DNA of 64,000 nt from an uncultured Collinsella sp. (lineage in GTDB: Bacteria > Actinomycetota > Coriobacteriia > Coriobacteriales > Coriobacteriaceae): assembly GCA_902491935.1 (NCBI GenBank), contig CABUJN010000003.1:1245-65244 (forward strand). The letters are read 5' to 3'. Every line of letters starts with the position of its first letter. Positions within the stretch are counted from its first letter, which is position 1. Of this stretch, positions 17,697-26,305 are shown one piece after another. A program made the translations under genes and the position numbers. A model generated the notes under the pieces. That model worked only from the letters and a program-made list of their open reading frames with translations, was not told where the DNA came from and did no database searches.

Positions 17697-19076
17697 GTGC
17701 GTGCGTTTGCTCGACAAATGATAGAGCGTATGAAGGCGGTGGCGGCAGCAGGTGCCGTTGCCGCCTTTTGGCTTGCCGTGTGGGTCTTCGTGGCGGCGCT
17801 GGTGGCACAGCCGCTGATTTTGCCGGGTCCGGGTGCTGTTGTGGTGGCGTTGCTGCGGCTGGTATGCGATGCCGGCACGTGGGCGATTCTGGCGGGCTCG
17901 GGTGTGCGGATTCTAGGCGGTTTGGCGCTTGCCGCGGTGTGCGGTGGTTTGCTGGCCGGAATTTCGTCGCGCTCGCGGGCGTTTGCCCGCTTGGTGGCTC
18001 CGGCGCTTTCGTTTGTTAAGGCGACGCCGGTTGCCTGCGTGGTGGTCCTGCTGCTCATTTGGCTGGGGTCGGCGCGCGTAAGCATTGCGGCGGTCTTTTT
18101 GATGGCGCTGCCGGGAGTGTATTTTTCGCTGGTCGAGGGCTTGACGCAAGCGGATAAACCGCTGGAGCAGATGTTTCGTCTGCATGGCGTGCGGGGTTGG
18201 CGACTGTTTTGTGCCCACACCTGGCGCGAAGTCCTGCCGTTTGTGCTTTCGTGCGCCCGCGCCGTGATTGGCATGAGCTGGAAGGCCGGCGTGGCGGCGG
18301 AGCTGATCGGCATGGCGGTGGGCACCGTGGGTGAGCGCATCTATCAGGCGAAGCTGCTCATCGAGACGGCTGACCTGCTGGCGTGGACCGTGTTGGTCGT
18401 GGCGGCATCGTGGGCATGCGAGCGCGTGCTGGTGTGGCTGCTGCGGGCTTCGGGGCCCGCAGCATGGCGTGCTGCTGTGCGGGCGCATGGGCGTTGTCCT
18501 CGCGGACGTGCAGGCGGCTCTGCTGGCGGCAGGGCTGCTGCGGAGCTTGCGCTCGCCGTGGGCGATCGCGCTCCCTGGGCTCCGGCGCTCGACGGACTGG
18601 TGCTTCGTGTGCCCGCCGGTGGGCGCGCCTGCGTGATGGGCACCTCGGGCGTGGGCAAGTCGACGCTGCTTGCGCTGGCGGCGGGGGAGTGCGCGCCGTG
18701 CTCCATGGTGTTTCAGGATGTGCGCCTGGTAGAGGGCGCCTCGGCTTTGGATAACGTGCTGGTGTGCGCCGACGCGCGCGTGGACGCCTCGAGTGCCGCG
18801 GCCCTGTTGCGCCTGCTGGTGCCGGGGGTCGATGTGCATGCTCGTGTGGCCGAGCTCTCGGGCGGGCAGCGCCGTCGCGTCGAGATTGCCCGAGCCCTGC
18901 TGTGTCCGGGCGGCGCAGTGATTCTGGACGAGCCCTTTACCGGCCTAGATACCGCTGCGCGCGACGCATGCGCCGAGGTCGTGCTCGACTTGCTCGACGG
19001 CCGCATGCTGTTGCTTGCTACGCACGATGCCGTCGACGCTCGGGCCCTCAATATCTCGGACATCATCACGCTCTAA
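17697..19076 (+). CDS. Fused ABC importer permease (N-terminal) and compact ATPase (C-terminal)
   Basis: The N-terminal ~250 aa are polytopic. The C-terminal ~175 aa carry Walker A GTSGVGKST, the signature LSGGQRRR, Walker B ILDEP and the H-loop ATHD. All of this lies in one uninterrupted frame. Confidence 0.8.
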   Translation: MRAFARQMIERMKAVAAAGAVAAFWLAVWVFVAALVAQPLILPGPGAVVVALLRLVCDAGTWAILAGSGVRILGGLALAAVCGGLLAGISSRSRAFARLVAPALSFVKATPVACVVVLLLIWLGSARVSIAAVFLMALPGVYFSLVEGLTQADKPLEQMFRLHGVRGWRLFCAHTWREVLPFVLSCARAVIGMSWKAGVAAELIGMAVGTVGERIYQAKLLIETADLLAWTVLVVAASWACERVLVWLLRASGPAAWRAAVRAHGRCPRGRAGGSAGGRAAAELALAVGDRAPWAPALDGLVLRVPAGGRACVMGTSGVGKSTLLALAAGECAPCSMVFQDVRLVEGASALDNVLVCADARVDASSAAALLRLLVPGVDVHARVAELSGGQRRRVEIARALLCPGGAVILDEPFTGLDTAARDACAEVVLDLLDGRMLLLATHDAVDARALNISDIITL

Positions 19077-19143
19077 ATACTTACTCAGCAACAAAATGAT
19101 CCGTTTTTTCTCCGTCCCCATAGGGTTGGGTATGGTATTCTAT

Positions 19144-19185
19144 CTGCGGGGTAATACTTAGGATTACTAAGTAATACCAACGCAG
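19144..19185. promoter_or_regulatory. Palindromic candidate operator upstream of the DinJ-like gene
   Basis: CTGCGG-GGTAATACTTAG-GATTA-CTAAGTAATACC-AACGCAG. The 12-nt arms have one mismatch. The site is AT-rich and lies about 110 nt upstream of the start codon. Confidence 0.45.
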
Positions 19186-19292
19186 TAGAAACAAACTCCA
19201 GATGCGGGCCAATCGGGTTGCCTTCACAGCCCGTCGCCCAGCCGCGTGGCCCGCATCTATCCGCACCACCGTCGTTTCAAAAAGGAAGCGCC

Positions 19293-19514
19293 ATGGCAGA
19301 ACACATGACCCCGGTTGTCGCGAAGGTCTTGCCCGAGGAAAAGGCGGCCTTCGCGGCGGCAACCCAACTCGTAGGCACCACGCCGTCCAACGCCATCCGC
19401 ATGTTCATCGCCGCCTTCAATCGCTGCGGCACCTTTCCGTTCGACATTTCGCCCAGCGGGGCCTTTGGCAAAGACTGTCCCCAACAGCTAGTCGTTGAAG
19501 AACGTCCCCAATGA
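19293..19514 (+). CDS. RelB/DinJ-family (ribbon-helix-helix) antitoxin-like protein
   Basis: The sequence VVAKVLPEEKAAFAAATQLVGTTPSNAIRMFIAAFNRCGTFPFD matches the DinJ pattern (beta-strand, two helices, then the PF motif). The ATG at 19293 follows AAGGAAG. Confidence 0.7.
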   Translation: MAEHMTPVVAKVLPEEKAAFAAATQLVGTTPSNAIRMFIAAFNRCGTFPFDISPSGAFGKDCPQQLVVEERPQ

Positions 19515-19537
19515 CTAGTCGTTGGGAGGAGGTCGGC

Positions 19538-20449
19538 ATGCTCAATGCGCTGGTTTGGGCGCTTGCCTGTTTTGGCGTCGTCGCTGCCGATATTGTCCTG
19601 AGCATGGTTTTGTTCTCCGTGCTGGACATCGTGTCGGCGCTGACGGGTTTCCCGATCGACAACCTCGATATTCAATGGTTTCAAGCCGTCGCTCAGACGG
19701 TGTCGTTTTTGATGGCGCTGCTATGGTGGCGTTATTTGTGGTCGCGGTCGTTTATCGCGCGCTGGCAAGGTGAGCGTCCGCTTGGCGGGGGAGTGCGTAG
19801 CGCGTGGAAGCGCATTGCCTGCGTTATCGTGATCGGCTTGGCACTGCAGGTGGTCGTTGGCTACGTGACCGACGCCGTACTGTCATTGTTGCCCGAGGTC
19901 GCGGCCGATTACAGTGAACTTGTCGAGGAAACAGGCATGGGCGACACCAGCTATCTCGCCGTCCTGACTACGGTGCTCGGCGCTCCGTTTTGCGAGGAGC
20001 TGCTGGTGCGCGGCATCATTTTTGAGTTTTCGCTCCGAGCGTTTAACCCGCAGTGCCGCCCACTTTGGAAGCGCCGACGTCTCGTGCGACCGCAAGACGG
20101 CGCCATAGTGCCCTGGGCGGCCCCGAGTGCCTGGGGTGTCGCCGCGGCAATCGTGCTGCAGGCGGCGATTTTCGGTTTTATGCACATGAACTGGGTGCAG
20201 GGTTGCTACGCGGGGGCCGCCGGCCTCATCTTTGGCTGGGTACTCGTGACCACCGGAAAGCTCCGCTACACGATTCTGCTGCACTTTGCCTTTAATGCCG
20301 GCTCGTACCTCATGGGCCTGCTATGGTTTGTGAACACGCCGCTCGACGCGGTAGCCACGGTCGCTATCGCCGGCGTCGTCCTCGTTGAGGCAATGCGCTC
20401 GCTGCGCCACGCGTGTGGGATGGACGCAGCGAGCGCACCACTGCCCTAG
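19538..20449 (+). CDS. CPBP-family (CAAX/Abi) intramembrane glutamic protease
   Basis: Motifs are APFCEELLVRG (EExxxR), FGFMHMN and LHFAFN. The protein is polytopic. The ATG at 19538 follows GGGAGGAGG; the ORF track start 19511 overlaps the upstream stop. Confidence 0.85.
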   Translation: MLNALVWALACFGVVAADIVLSMVLFSVLDIVSALTGFPIDNLDIQWFQAVAQTVSFLMALLWWRYLWSRSFIARWQGERPLGGGVRSAWKRIACVIVIGLALQVVVGYVTDAVLSLLPEVAADYSELVEETGMGDTSYLAVLTTVLGAPFCEELLVRGIIFEFSLRAFNPQCRPLWKRRRLVRPQDGAIVPWAAPSAWGVAAAIVLQAAIFGFMHMNWVQGCYAGAAGLIFGWVLVTTGKLRYTILLHFAFNAGSYLMGLLWFVNTPLDAVATVAIAGVVLVEAMRSLRHACGMDAASAPLP

Positions 20450-22581
20450 TTGCGGCGACCGCCTCCGTTGGCACCCTGACGTCCCTGGGCCGCGCGATTG
20501 CGGCCGGCGGTGTTCTGCGCACGCGACATACCGCTGTGGCCCTTGCTGCCCTTGGGCCCCTTGCCGGCGGCGCCACCGTGGGCCTTGCCGCCCTTCTTGC
20601 CAGTGCCGTGTCCGCCGCTGGCCGATGCCTCGCCCGGGCGTGGCGGCACGGGGCGAATCAGACAATGCTTGGTGTAGCCGATCAGGTCACGACGCCCGGC
20701 TTTTTCCAGCGCCTCGCGCACCAGCTTGTAGTTCTCGGGCTTGCGATACTGGATGAGCGCGCGTTGCATGGCCTTCTCGTGTGGGTCGCGCGCCACATAG
20801 ATCGGCTGCATGGTGCGCGGGTCCACGCCGGTGTAGTACATACACGTCGACATGGTGGACGGCGTGGGGTAGAAGTCCTGCACCTGCTCGGGCATGTAAC
20901 CCATGTCTCGCACGGCCTCGGCAAGGTCCACGGCTTCCTTCATGGTTGAACCGGGGTGGCTCGAGATCAGATACGGCACCACATATTGTTTAAGACCGTA
21001 TTCGCGATTCAAGCGCTCAAATTTGCGGCAGAAAGCATCGTAGACGGCTCGGCTCGGCTTGCCCATCACAGACAGCACGGCATCGCTCACGTGCTCGGGC
21101 GCTACGCGCAGCTGGCCCGAGACATGGTGTTCCAACAGCTCGCGTAAAAACTCGTCCGAGGCGTCGGCCATGGTGTAGTCAAAGCGGATGCCGCTGCGCA
21201 CGAAGACCTTCTTGACGCCCGGCAGCTGGCGCAGGTCGCGCAGCAGCTGCGTGTAGCCGCTCTCGTCGACCACCATGTTCTTGCACACGCTCGGCCACAG
21301 GCAGCGCTTATTCTTGCATACGCCGTGCTTGAGCTGCTTGTCGCAGGCAGGGCGGCTAAAGTTTGCCGTTGGGCCGCCCACGTCGTTGATGTAGCCCTTA
21401 AACTCCGGGTCGCGTGTGAGCAGCTCGGCCTCGCGCATGATTGAGTCGTGGCTGCGCATCTGCAGGACGCGGCCCTGGTGGAAGGTGAGCGCGCAAAAGG
21501 AGCACTCGCCAAAGCACCCGCGGTTGGAGCTAATGGAAAACTTGATCTCGGCAAAGGCCGGCACGCCGCCCGCCGCGTCGTAATCGGGATGCCAATCGCG
21601 TGCGTAGGGGAGTTCGGCCACCTCGTCCATCTCATCGGTAGTGAGCGTCGCCGACGGCGGGTTTTGCACCACATAGACGCTGTTGGGGTAGGGCTCTACC
21701 AGGCGATGACCGGTGATGGGGTCCATATTCTGCTGCTGCACATTAAAGCTGCGCGCGTAGTTGAGCTTGTCGGCGGTAAGGTCGTCCCAGCTGGGCAGCA
21801 GATCGTAGTCGTAGACCTCGTCGAGCGAGCCTGTGCGGTAGACGGTGCCGTTGATATAGGTGATCTGATCGACGGGCAGCCCCGCGTCGAGCGCGTCGGC
21901 GATCTCGACAATCGCGTGCTCGCCCATGCCGTAGATGAGGATGTCGGCGCCCGAGTCGAGTAGTACCGAACGCTTGAGCTTGTCCTGCCAGTAGTCGTAG
22001 TGGGCCAGGCGGCGCAGGCTCGCCTCGATGCCGCCGATGATGATGGGAGCGTCCTTAAACGTCTGACGGATGAGATTGCCGTAGACCGTGACGGCACGGT
22101 TGGGGCGGTGACCTTCCTCGCCGCCGGGGGTATAGGCGTCGGTGTGGCGGCGGTGCTTGGTTACCGAATAGTGGTTGACCATGGAGTCCATGTTGCCGGC
22201 GCTGACGAGAAACCCCAGGCGCGGCTCGCCGAGCACCGTGATGCTGGCGGGGTCGGTCCAGTCGGGCTGGCAGATGATGCCCACTTTGTAGCCGTGCGCG
22301 TCGAGTACGCGGCTGATGATAGCCATGCCAAAGCTCGGATGGTCCACGTAGGCATCACCGCAGATATAGACGAAGTCGCACTGGTCCCAGCCGCGCGCAT
22401 CCATGTCGGCGCGGCTGACGGGGAGGAACTTATCGCGGCCCGGGCGCCAGGGACGGGCGGGCGCTGTCGGGGTATGAGCGGCGTGGCCGCCCTGGGCTTT
22501 GCCGCCGCGCTTTTGCTGCTGGCCCTGTTTGCCCTGCTGACTGCGCTGGTTATTCTGAGCGTGCTGAGGCTTTTTTGCCAC
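20446..22581 (-). CDS. ygiQ: YgiQ-family radical SAM protein with basic low-complexity extensions at both ends
   Basis: The N-terminal domain reads FLPVSRADMDARGWDQCDFVYICGDAYVDHPSFG. The radical-SAM Cys cluster is NRGCFGECSFC. I chose the GTG at 22581, which follows GGAGGG. The stop overlaps the CPBP stop within CTAG. Confidence 0.88.
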   Translation of the reverse strand: MAKKPQHAQNNQRSQQGKQGQQQKRGGKAQGGHAAHTPTAPARPWRPGRDKFLPVSRADMDARGWDQCDFVYICGDAYVDHPSFGMAIISRVLDAHGYKVGIICQPDWTDPASITVLGEPRLGFLVSAGNMDSMVNHYSVTKHRRHTDAYTPGGEEGHRPNRAVTVYGNLIRQTFKDAPIIIGGIEASLRRLAHYDYWQDKLKRSVLLDSGADILIYGMGEHAIVEIADALDAGLPVDQITYINGTVYRTGSLDEVYDYDLLPSWDDLTADKLNYARSFNVQQQNMDPITGHRLVEPYPNSVYVVQNPPSATLTTDEMDEVAELPYARDWHPDYDAAGGVPAFAEIKFSISSNRGCFGECSFCALTFHQGRVLQMRSHDSIMREAELLTRDPEFKGYINDVGGPTANFSRPACDKQLKHGVCKNKRCLWPSVCKNMVVDESGYTQLLRDLRQLPGVKKVFVRSGIRFDYTMADASDEFLRELLEHHVSGQLRVAPEHVSDAVLSVMGKPSRAVYDAFCRKFERLNREYGLKQYVVPYLISSHPGSTMKEAVDLAEAVRDMGYMPEQVQDFYPTPSTMSTCMYYTGVDPRTMQPIYVARDPHEKAMQRALIQYRKPENYKLVREALEKAGRRDLIGYTKHCLIRPVPPRPGEASASGGHGTGKKGGKAHGGAAGKGPKGSKGHSGMSRAQNTAGRNRAAQGRQGANGGGRRN

Positions 22582-22833
22582 GATCCCTCCCGGTGTTTGT
22601 ATGCTGCACGTAATTGTAACCAGTCTTTTTGGGACGGGGCTAAAAGACTGGTGGAGTACATGGGCTGGCGGATCGGCGTGTCGATGCGGGTGCCGTTTGT
22701 TTCCAGACTGTGTATCCCCGTGTCGAAGGAGCCGTCTCGCGCGCACGCCATGTTGTCAATGGGTTACAGTATGAACGGCGGCTATGTTTCCGCCAACGCA
22801 CGAGAGGGTCGTCAACAAGGAGGATGCACGACG

Positions 22834-23550
22834 ATGCAGCGTGCCAAACAGATATCGGAGTCCATCGAACTGGGCATTATCCTGGCGCTCGCCGGCGGCT
22901 TTATGGATGTGTATTCGTACATTGGGCGCGACCATGTTTTCGCAAACGCGCAGACGGGCAACATCCTGCTTGTGGGCGTGAGCATCTCGGAGGGCAATTG
23001 GGCACTTGCGGGGCGCTACTTCTTCCCTGTGGTGTCGTTTGCCGTGGGCATTATGCTTGCCGACCTGGTACACGAACGGTTTGGCAGCGTGATTCACTGG
23101 CGCCAAGTGACGGTGTTCTTTGAAGCCGTCATCTTGCTGGGCGTGAGCTTTATCCCTGGCGGCAATTTCAACCTGCTCGCCAACTGCCTCACCTCGTTTG
23201 CCTGCGGCATGCAGGTTGAGAGCTTCCGCAAGATCCACGGTCACGGCATCGCTACGACCATGTGCATCGGCAACTTGCGCAACGCGCTGCAAAACGTGGA
23301 CGATTACATCATCACCCACAGGCGCGGCTTTTTGGAAAACGGCCTGCTGTACTTTGGCGTGATCTTTACCTTTGTGTTTGGCGCCGTGTTGGGCAACTGG
23401 TGTATTGAGCGCATGGGCCTGCACGCCATCGTCGTGGCGAGCTTGCTGCTGTTTGTCGCGTTTGCCATCATGTTCATCGACCGCGAGCGCGACTTGCGCT
23501 TACGCTGGAAGGTTGCGGCCGAGGCTTGGAAAGAGGGCTGTCGAAAGTAA
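22834..23550 (+). CDS. YoaK/DUF1275-family membrane protein
   Basis: GGFMDVYSYIGRDHVFANAQTGN is typical of DUF1275, and the protein is polytopic. The ATG at 22834 follows AAGGAGGA. The upstream part of the 516-aa ORF is antisense to ygiQ. Confidence 0.75.
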   Translation: MQRAKQISESIELGIILALAGGFMDVYSYIGRDHVFANAQTGNILLVGVSISEGNWALAGRYFFPVVSFAVGIMLADLVHERFGSVIHWRQVTVFFEAVILLGVSFIPGGNFNLLANCLTSFACGMQVESFRKIHGHGIATTMCIGNLRNALQNVDDYIITHRRGFLENGLLYFGVIFTFVFGAVLGNWCIERMGLHAIVVASLLLFVAFAIMFIDRERDLRLRWKVAAEAWKEGCRK

Positions 23551-23556
23551 CCGAAT

Positions 23557-23592
23557 GCGGCAAAGGGGCTGTCCCTTTGCCGCAATATTTTT
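23557..23592 (+). terminator. Rho-independent terminator
   Basis: GCGGCAAAGGG, a 5-nt loop, CCCTTTGCCGC, then AATATTTTT. Confidence 0.85.
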
Positions 23593-23714
23593 CATCATCT
23601 GTTGAAACGCTTTAACAATTTTGACGTTCTCACGCGTTTTTCGTTTCAAAAGCGTTAGGATGGGACTCATAGCGTGGGCGTAATGGGCGCCCCGCACACG
23701 ATGGGAGGCTATCA

Positions 23715-24881
23715 ATGGCTAATCGTTTCGTTCTCAATACCATCTCTTATCATGGTTCCGGCGCCATCAAGGAGATCCCCGGTGAGCTCCAGCGTCGCGG
23801 CTACAAGAAGATCTTCATCTGCTCCGACCCCGATCTGGTCAAGTTTGGCGTTACCGCTAAGGTGACCGACGAGCTCGACGCCGCCGGCATCGCTTGGAGC
23901 CTCTACTCCGAGATTAAGCCCAACCCCACCATCCAGAACGTCAAGGACGGCGTCGAGGCCTTCAAGGCCGCCGAGGCTGACGCTATCGTGACCATCGGTG
24001 GCGGCTCCTCCATGGACACTGCTAAGGCCATTGGCATCATCATCAACAACCCCGAGTTTGCCGATGTCCGTAGCCTCGAGGGCGTTGCTCCGACTAAGAA
24101 CCACGCCGTGTTCACCATCGCCGTGCCGACGACCGCCGGTACCGCTGCCGAGGTGACCATCAACTACGTCATCACCGACCCCGAGAAGGTCCGCAAGTTC
24201 GTGTGCGTCGACACCAACGACGCCCCCGAGGTCGCCGTCGTCGACCCCGACATGATGGCCTCCATGCCCGCCGGCCTGACCGCCTCCACCGGCATGGACG
24301 CTCTGACCCACGCCATCGAGGGCTATACCACCAAGGGCGCTTGGGAGCTCTCCGACATGTTCCACTTTGAGGCTATTAAGCTGATCAGCGAGAACCTGCG
24401 CGACTCTGTCGCCGAGGCCAAGTCCGGTCAGCCCGGCTCCGGCCGTGAGGGCATGGCCCTTGGCCAGTATGTCGCCGGCATGGGCTTCTCCAATGTCGGC
24501 TTGGGTATCGACCACGCCATGGCTCACACCCTGTCCGCTCACTACGACACCCCGCACGGCGTCGCTTGCGCCATGCTGCTGCCGATTGCCATGGAGTTCA
24601 ACAAGCCGGTTTGCGCTGAGCGCCTGGCCAAGGTTGCCGTTGCCATGGGTGTTGACACCACGGGCATGAGCACCGACGAGGCTGCCGACGCCGCTATCGC
24701 CGCCGTCAAGCAGCTTTCCGCCGACGTGAATATCCCGCACGTCTGCGAGGCTATGAAGGCCGACGAGATCGAGGTTCTGGCCAAGGACGCCATGGCCGAC
24801 GCCTGCTTCCCGGGTAACCCGCGCGAGGCAACGCTCGACGACGTCATCGAGCTCTTCAAGAAGATCTGCCCGGCTGCCTAA
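23715..24881 (+). CDS. fucO: Iron-containing alcohol dehydrogenase, lactaldehyde reductase type
   Basis: Collinear resemblance to E. coli FucO: MANRF, IGGGS..DT.KAIGII, NPEFADVRSLEG, PTTAGTAAEVTINYVITD, GNPREATL. Confidence 0.9.
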   Translation: MANRFVLNTISYHGSGAIKEIPGELQRRGYKKIFICSDPDLVKFGVTAKVTDELDAAGIAWSLYSEIKPNPTIQNVKDGVEAFKAAEADAIVTIGGGSSMDTAKAIGIIINNPEFADVRSLEGVAPTKNHAVFTIAVPTTAGTAAEVTINYVITDPEKVRKFVCVDTNDAPEVAVVDPDMMASMPAGLTASTGMDALTHAIEGYTTKGAWELSDMFHFEAIKLISENLRDSVAEAKSGQPGSGREGMALGQYVAGMGFSNVGLGIDHAMAHTLSAHYDTPHGVACAMLLPIAMEFNKPVCAERLAKVAVAMGVDTTGMSTDEAADAAIAAVKQLSADVNIPHVCEAMKADEIEVLAKDAMADACFPGNPREATLDDVIELFKKICPAA

Positions 24882-24934
24882 CTTGGTTCGGCGGGCTCCT
24901 GCCCGTTAGCCCCACAATCGTCCTCGGACATGTC

Positions 24935-24978
24935 GGAGGCCCCGCTGCGCACTACGTGCGGCGGGGCCTCCTTCTGTC
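24935..24978 (+). terminator. Rho-independent terminator after fucO
   Basis: GGAGGCCCCGC, a 15-nt loop, GCGGGGCCTCC, then TTCTGT. Confidence 0.7.
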
Positions 24979-25145
24979 CTGCGGAAAGATTCTGGGGCTT
25001 ACGGGCAGGGGCCCGCCGGCTCGTTATCGTGGCGGGCGCTGCTCTGGGAAGCTCGACGGGTTGTCTCGCTAGGTAAATAATTGTGCGTGGTGGTATTGTT
25101 GCTGTGGGTTTAATTCGATATGAAAGGGTGACATTGGTGTCCCAG

Positions 25146-26165
25146 ATGGATTCTTCGCTTGGTTTTATCACTGACCAGTTGAAGGTGCTGACTTCTATTG
25201 CTTCGCCTACGGGCTATACCCGCGCGGCTACTGATTATCTGATGGAGACCCTGCGCGATATGGGGTTTGGGCCTGAGCGTTCCAATAAGGGTAACGTGCT
25301 CGTTGAGCTTGGTGGCGAGGGTGAGCCGCTCGTACTGGCGAGCCATGTCGATACCCTGGGCGCCATGGTGCGTTCCATTAAGGACAATGGTCGCCTGCGC
25401 CCCACGACGCTTGGTGGGCACCAGTGGTCTACGGCCGATGGCGAGAACTGCACCGTCTACACGCGTGACGGCAATGTGTACACGGGTGTGGTCCTCAATA
25501 TCGAGCCTTCGGCGCACGTGGCCGACGAGCCGGTCAAGACCATCGAGAAGAACATGGAAATCCTGCTCGATGAGAATGTCGACAGCAAGGATGATGTGCT
25601 CGAGCTGGGTATTCAGACCGGCGACATCATTGCTATGGATCCGCGTACCACGGTGACGGAGAGCGGCTACATTAAGAGTCGCTTCCTAGATGACAAGCTG
25701 TCGGCGTCGATTCTGCTGGGTTTGGCCCGTTCCGTTGCTGACGGCGAGGTGTCGCTTTCGCGCAAGGTGTCGCTGCTCTTTACCGTGTACGAGGAGGTCG
25801 GCCACGGCGGCGCCTTCGTGCCGGCCGACACGCGCGAGATGATCAGCGTTGACATGGGCTGCGTGGGCGATGATCTGGGCTGCACCGAGCGCATGGTTTC
25901 GATTTGTGCCAAGGATTCGGGCGGTCCGTACAACTACGACCTGGTGACCACGCTGTCCAATATCGCGCGCGAGCTTGAACTTGACTACGCCATCGACGTG
26001 TACCCGCACTACGGCTCGGACGTTGAGGCCACGCTCTCTGCCGGCTACGACATCCGCCACGGCCTGATCGGCCCCGGTGTGTACGCGAGCCACAACTACG
26101 AGCGCAGCCACATGGACGGCGTGCGCAACACCTATGAGCTGGTCCGAGCCTACGTACAACGCTAG
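25146..26165 (+). CDS. M42-family metallo-aminopeptidase
   Basis: SHVDTLGAMV, RFLDDKLSA and TVYEEVGHGGA are the metal-ligand blocks of M42 peptidases. The start may instead be the GTG at 25137. Confidence 0.85.
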   Translation: MDSSLGFITDQLKVLTSIASPTGYTRAATDYLMETLRDMGFGPERSNKGNVLVELGGEGEPLVLASHVDTLGAMVRSIKDNGRLRPTTLGGHQWSTADGENCTVYTRDGNVYTGVVLNIEPSAHVADEPVKTIEKNMEILLDENVDSKDDVLELGIQTGDIIAMDPRTTVTESGYIKSRFLDDKLSASILLGLARSVADGEVSLSRKVSLLFTVYEEVGHGGAFVPADTREMISVDMGCVGDDLGCTERMVSICAKDSGGPYNYDLVTTLSNIARELELDYAIDVYPHYGSDVEATLSAGYDIRHGLIGPGVYASHNYERSHMDGVRNTYELVRAYVQR

Positions 26166-26201
26166 GGGAGCAGCTTGCGACTCGGCTGACCAATTGCTCT
26201 A

Positions 26202-26227
26202 AGGCCCGATTGCTCGGGCCTTTTTTC
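26202..26227 (+). terminator. Rho-independent terminator
   Basis: AGGCCCGA, a 4-nt loop, TCGGGCCT, then TTTTTT. Confidence 0.8.
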
Positions 26228-26305
26228 GCTTCAGTCTGTTTAGTATTATGCTGTATGTAACTAATTAACTTTACGTTTGGAATACTTAACGAGGTGATGC
26301 GGCGT

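Noticed and set aside
20446-20449. Convergent CPBP and ygiQ genes share their stop codons within the palindrome CTAG
   Set aside because: This is real but trivial. It is a 4-nt overlap of convergent stops with no intervening terminator. I noted it only because it means that transcripts of each gene must run into the other.
22000-22833. N-terminal extensions of ORF-track entries (22000-23550, 49310-50170, 60892-62262, 14710-16635, 46231-46683, 51307-53049, 55575-56963)
   Set aside because: In each case the family-typical N-terminus begins at an internal start codon with a good Shine-Dalgarno sequence. The upstream extension overlaps another well-supported gene or is antisense to one.
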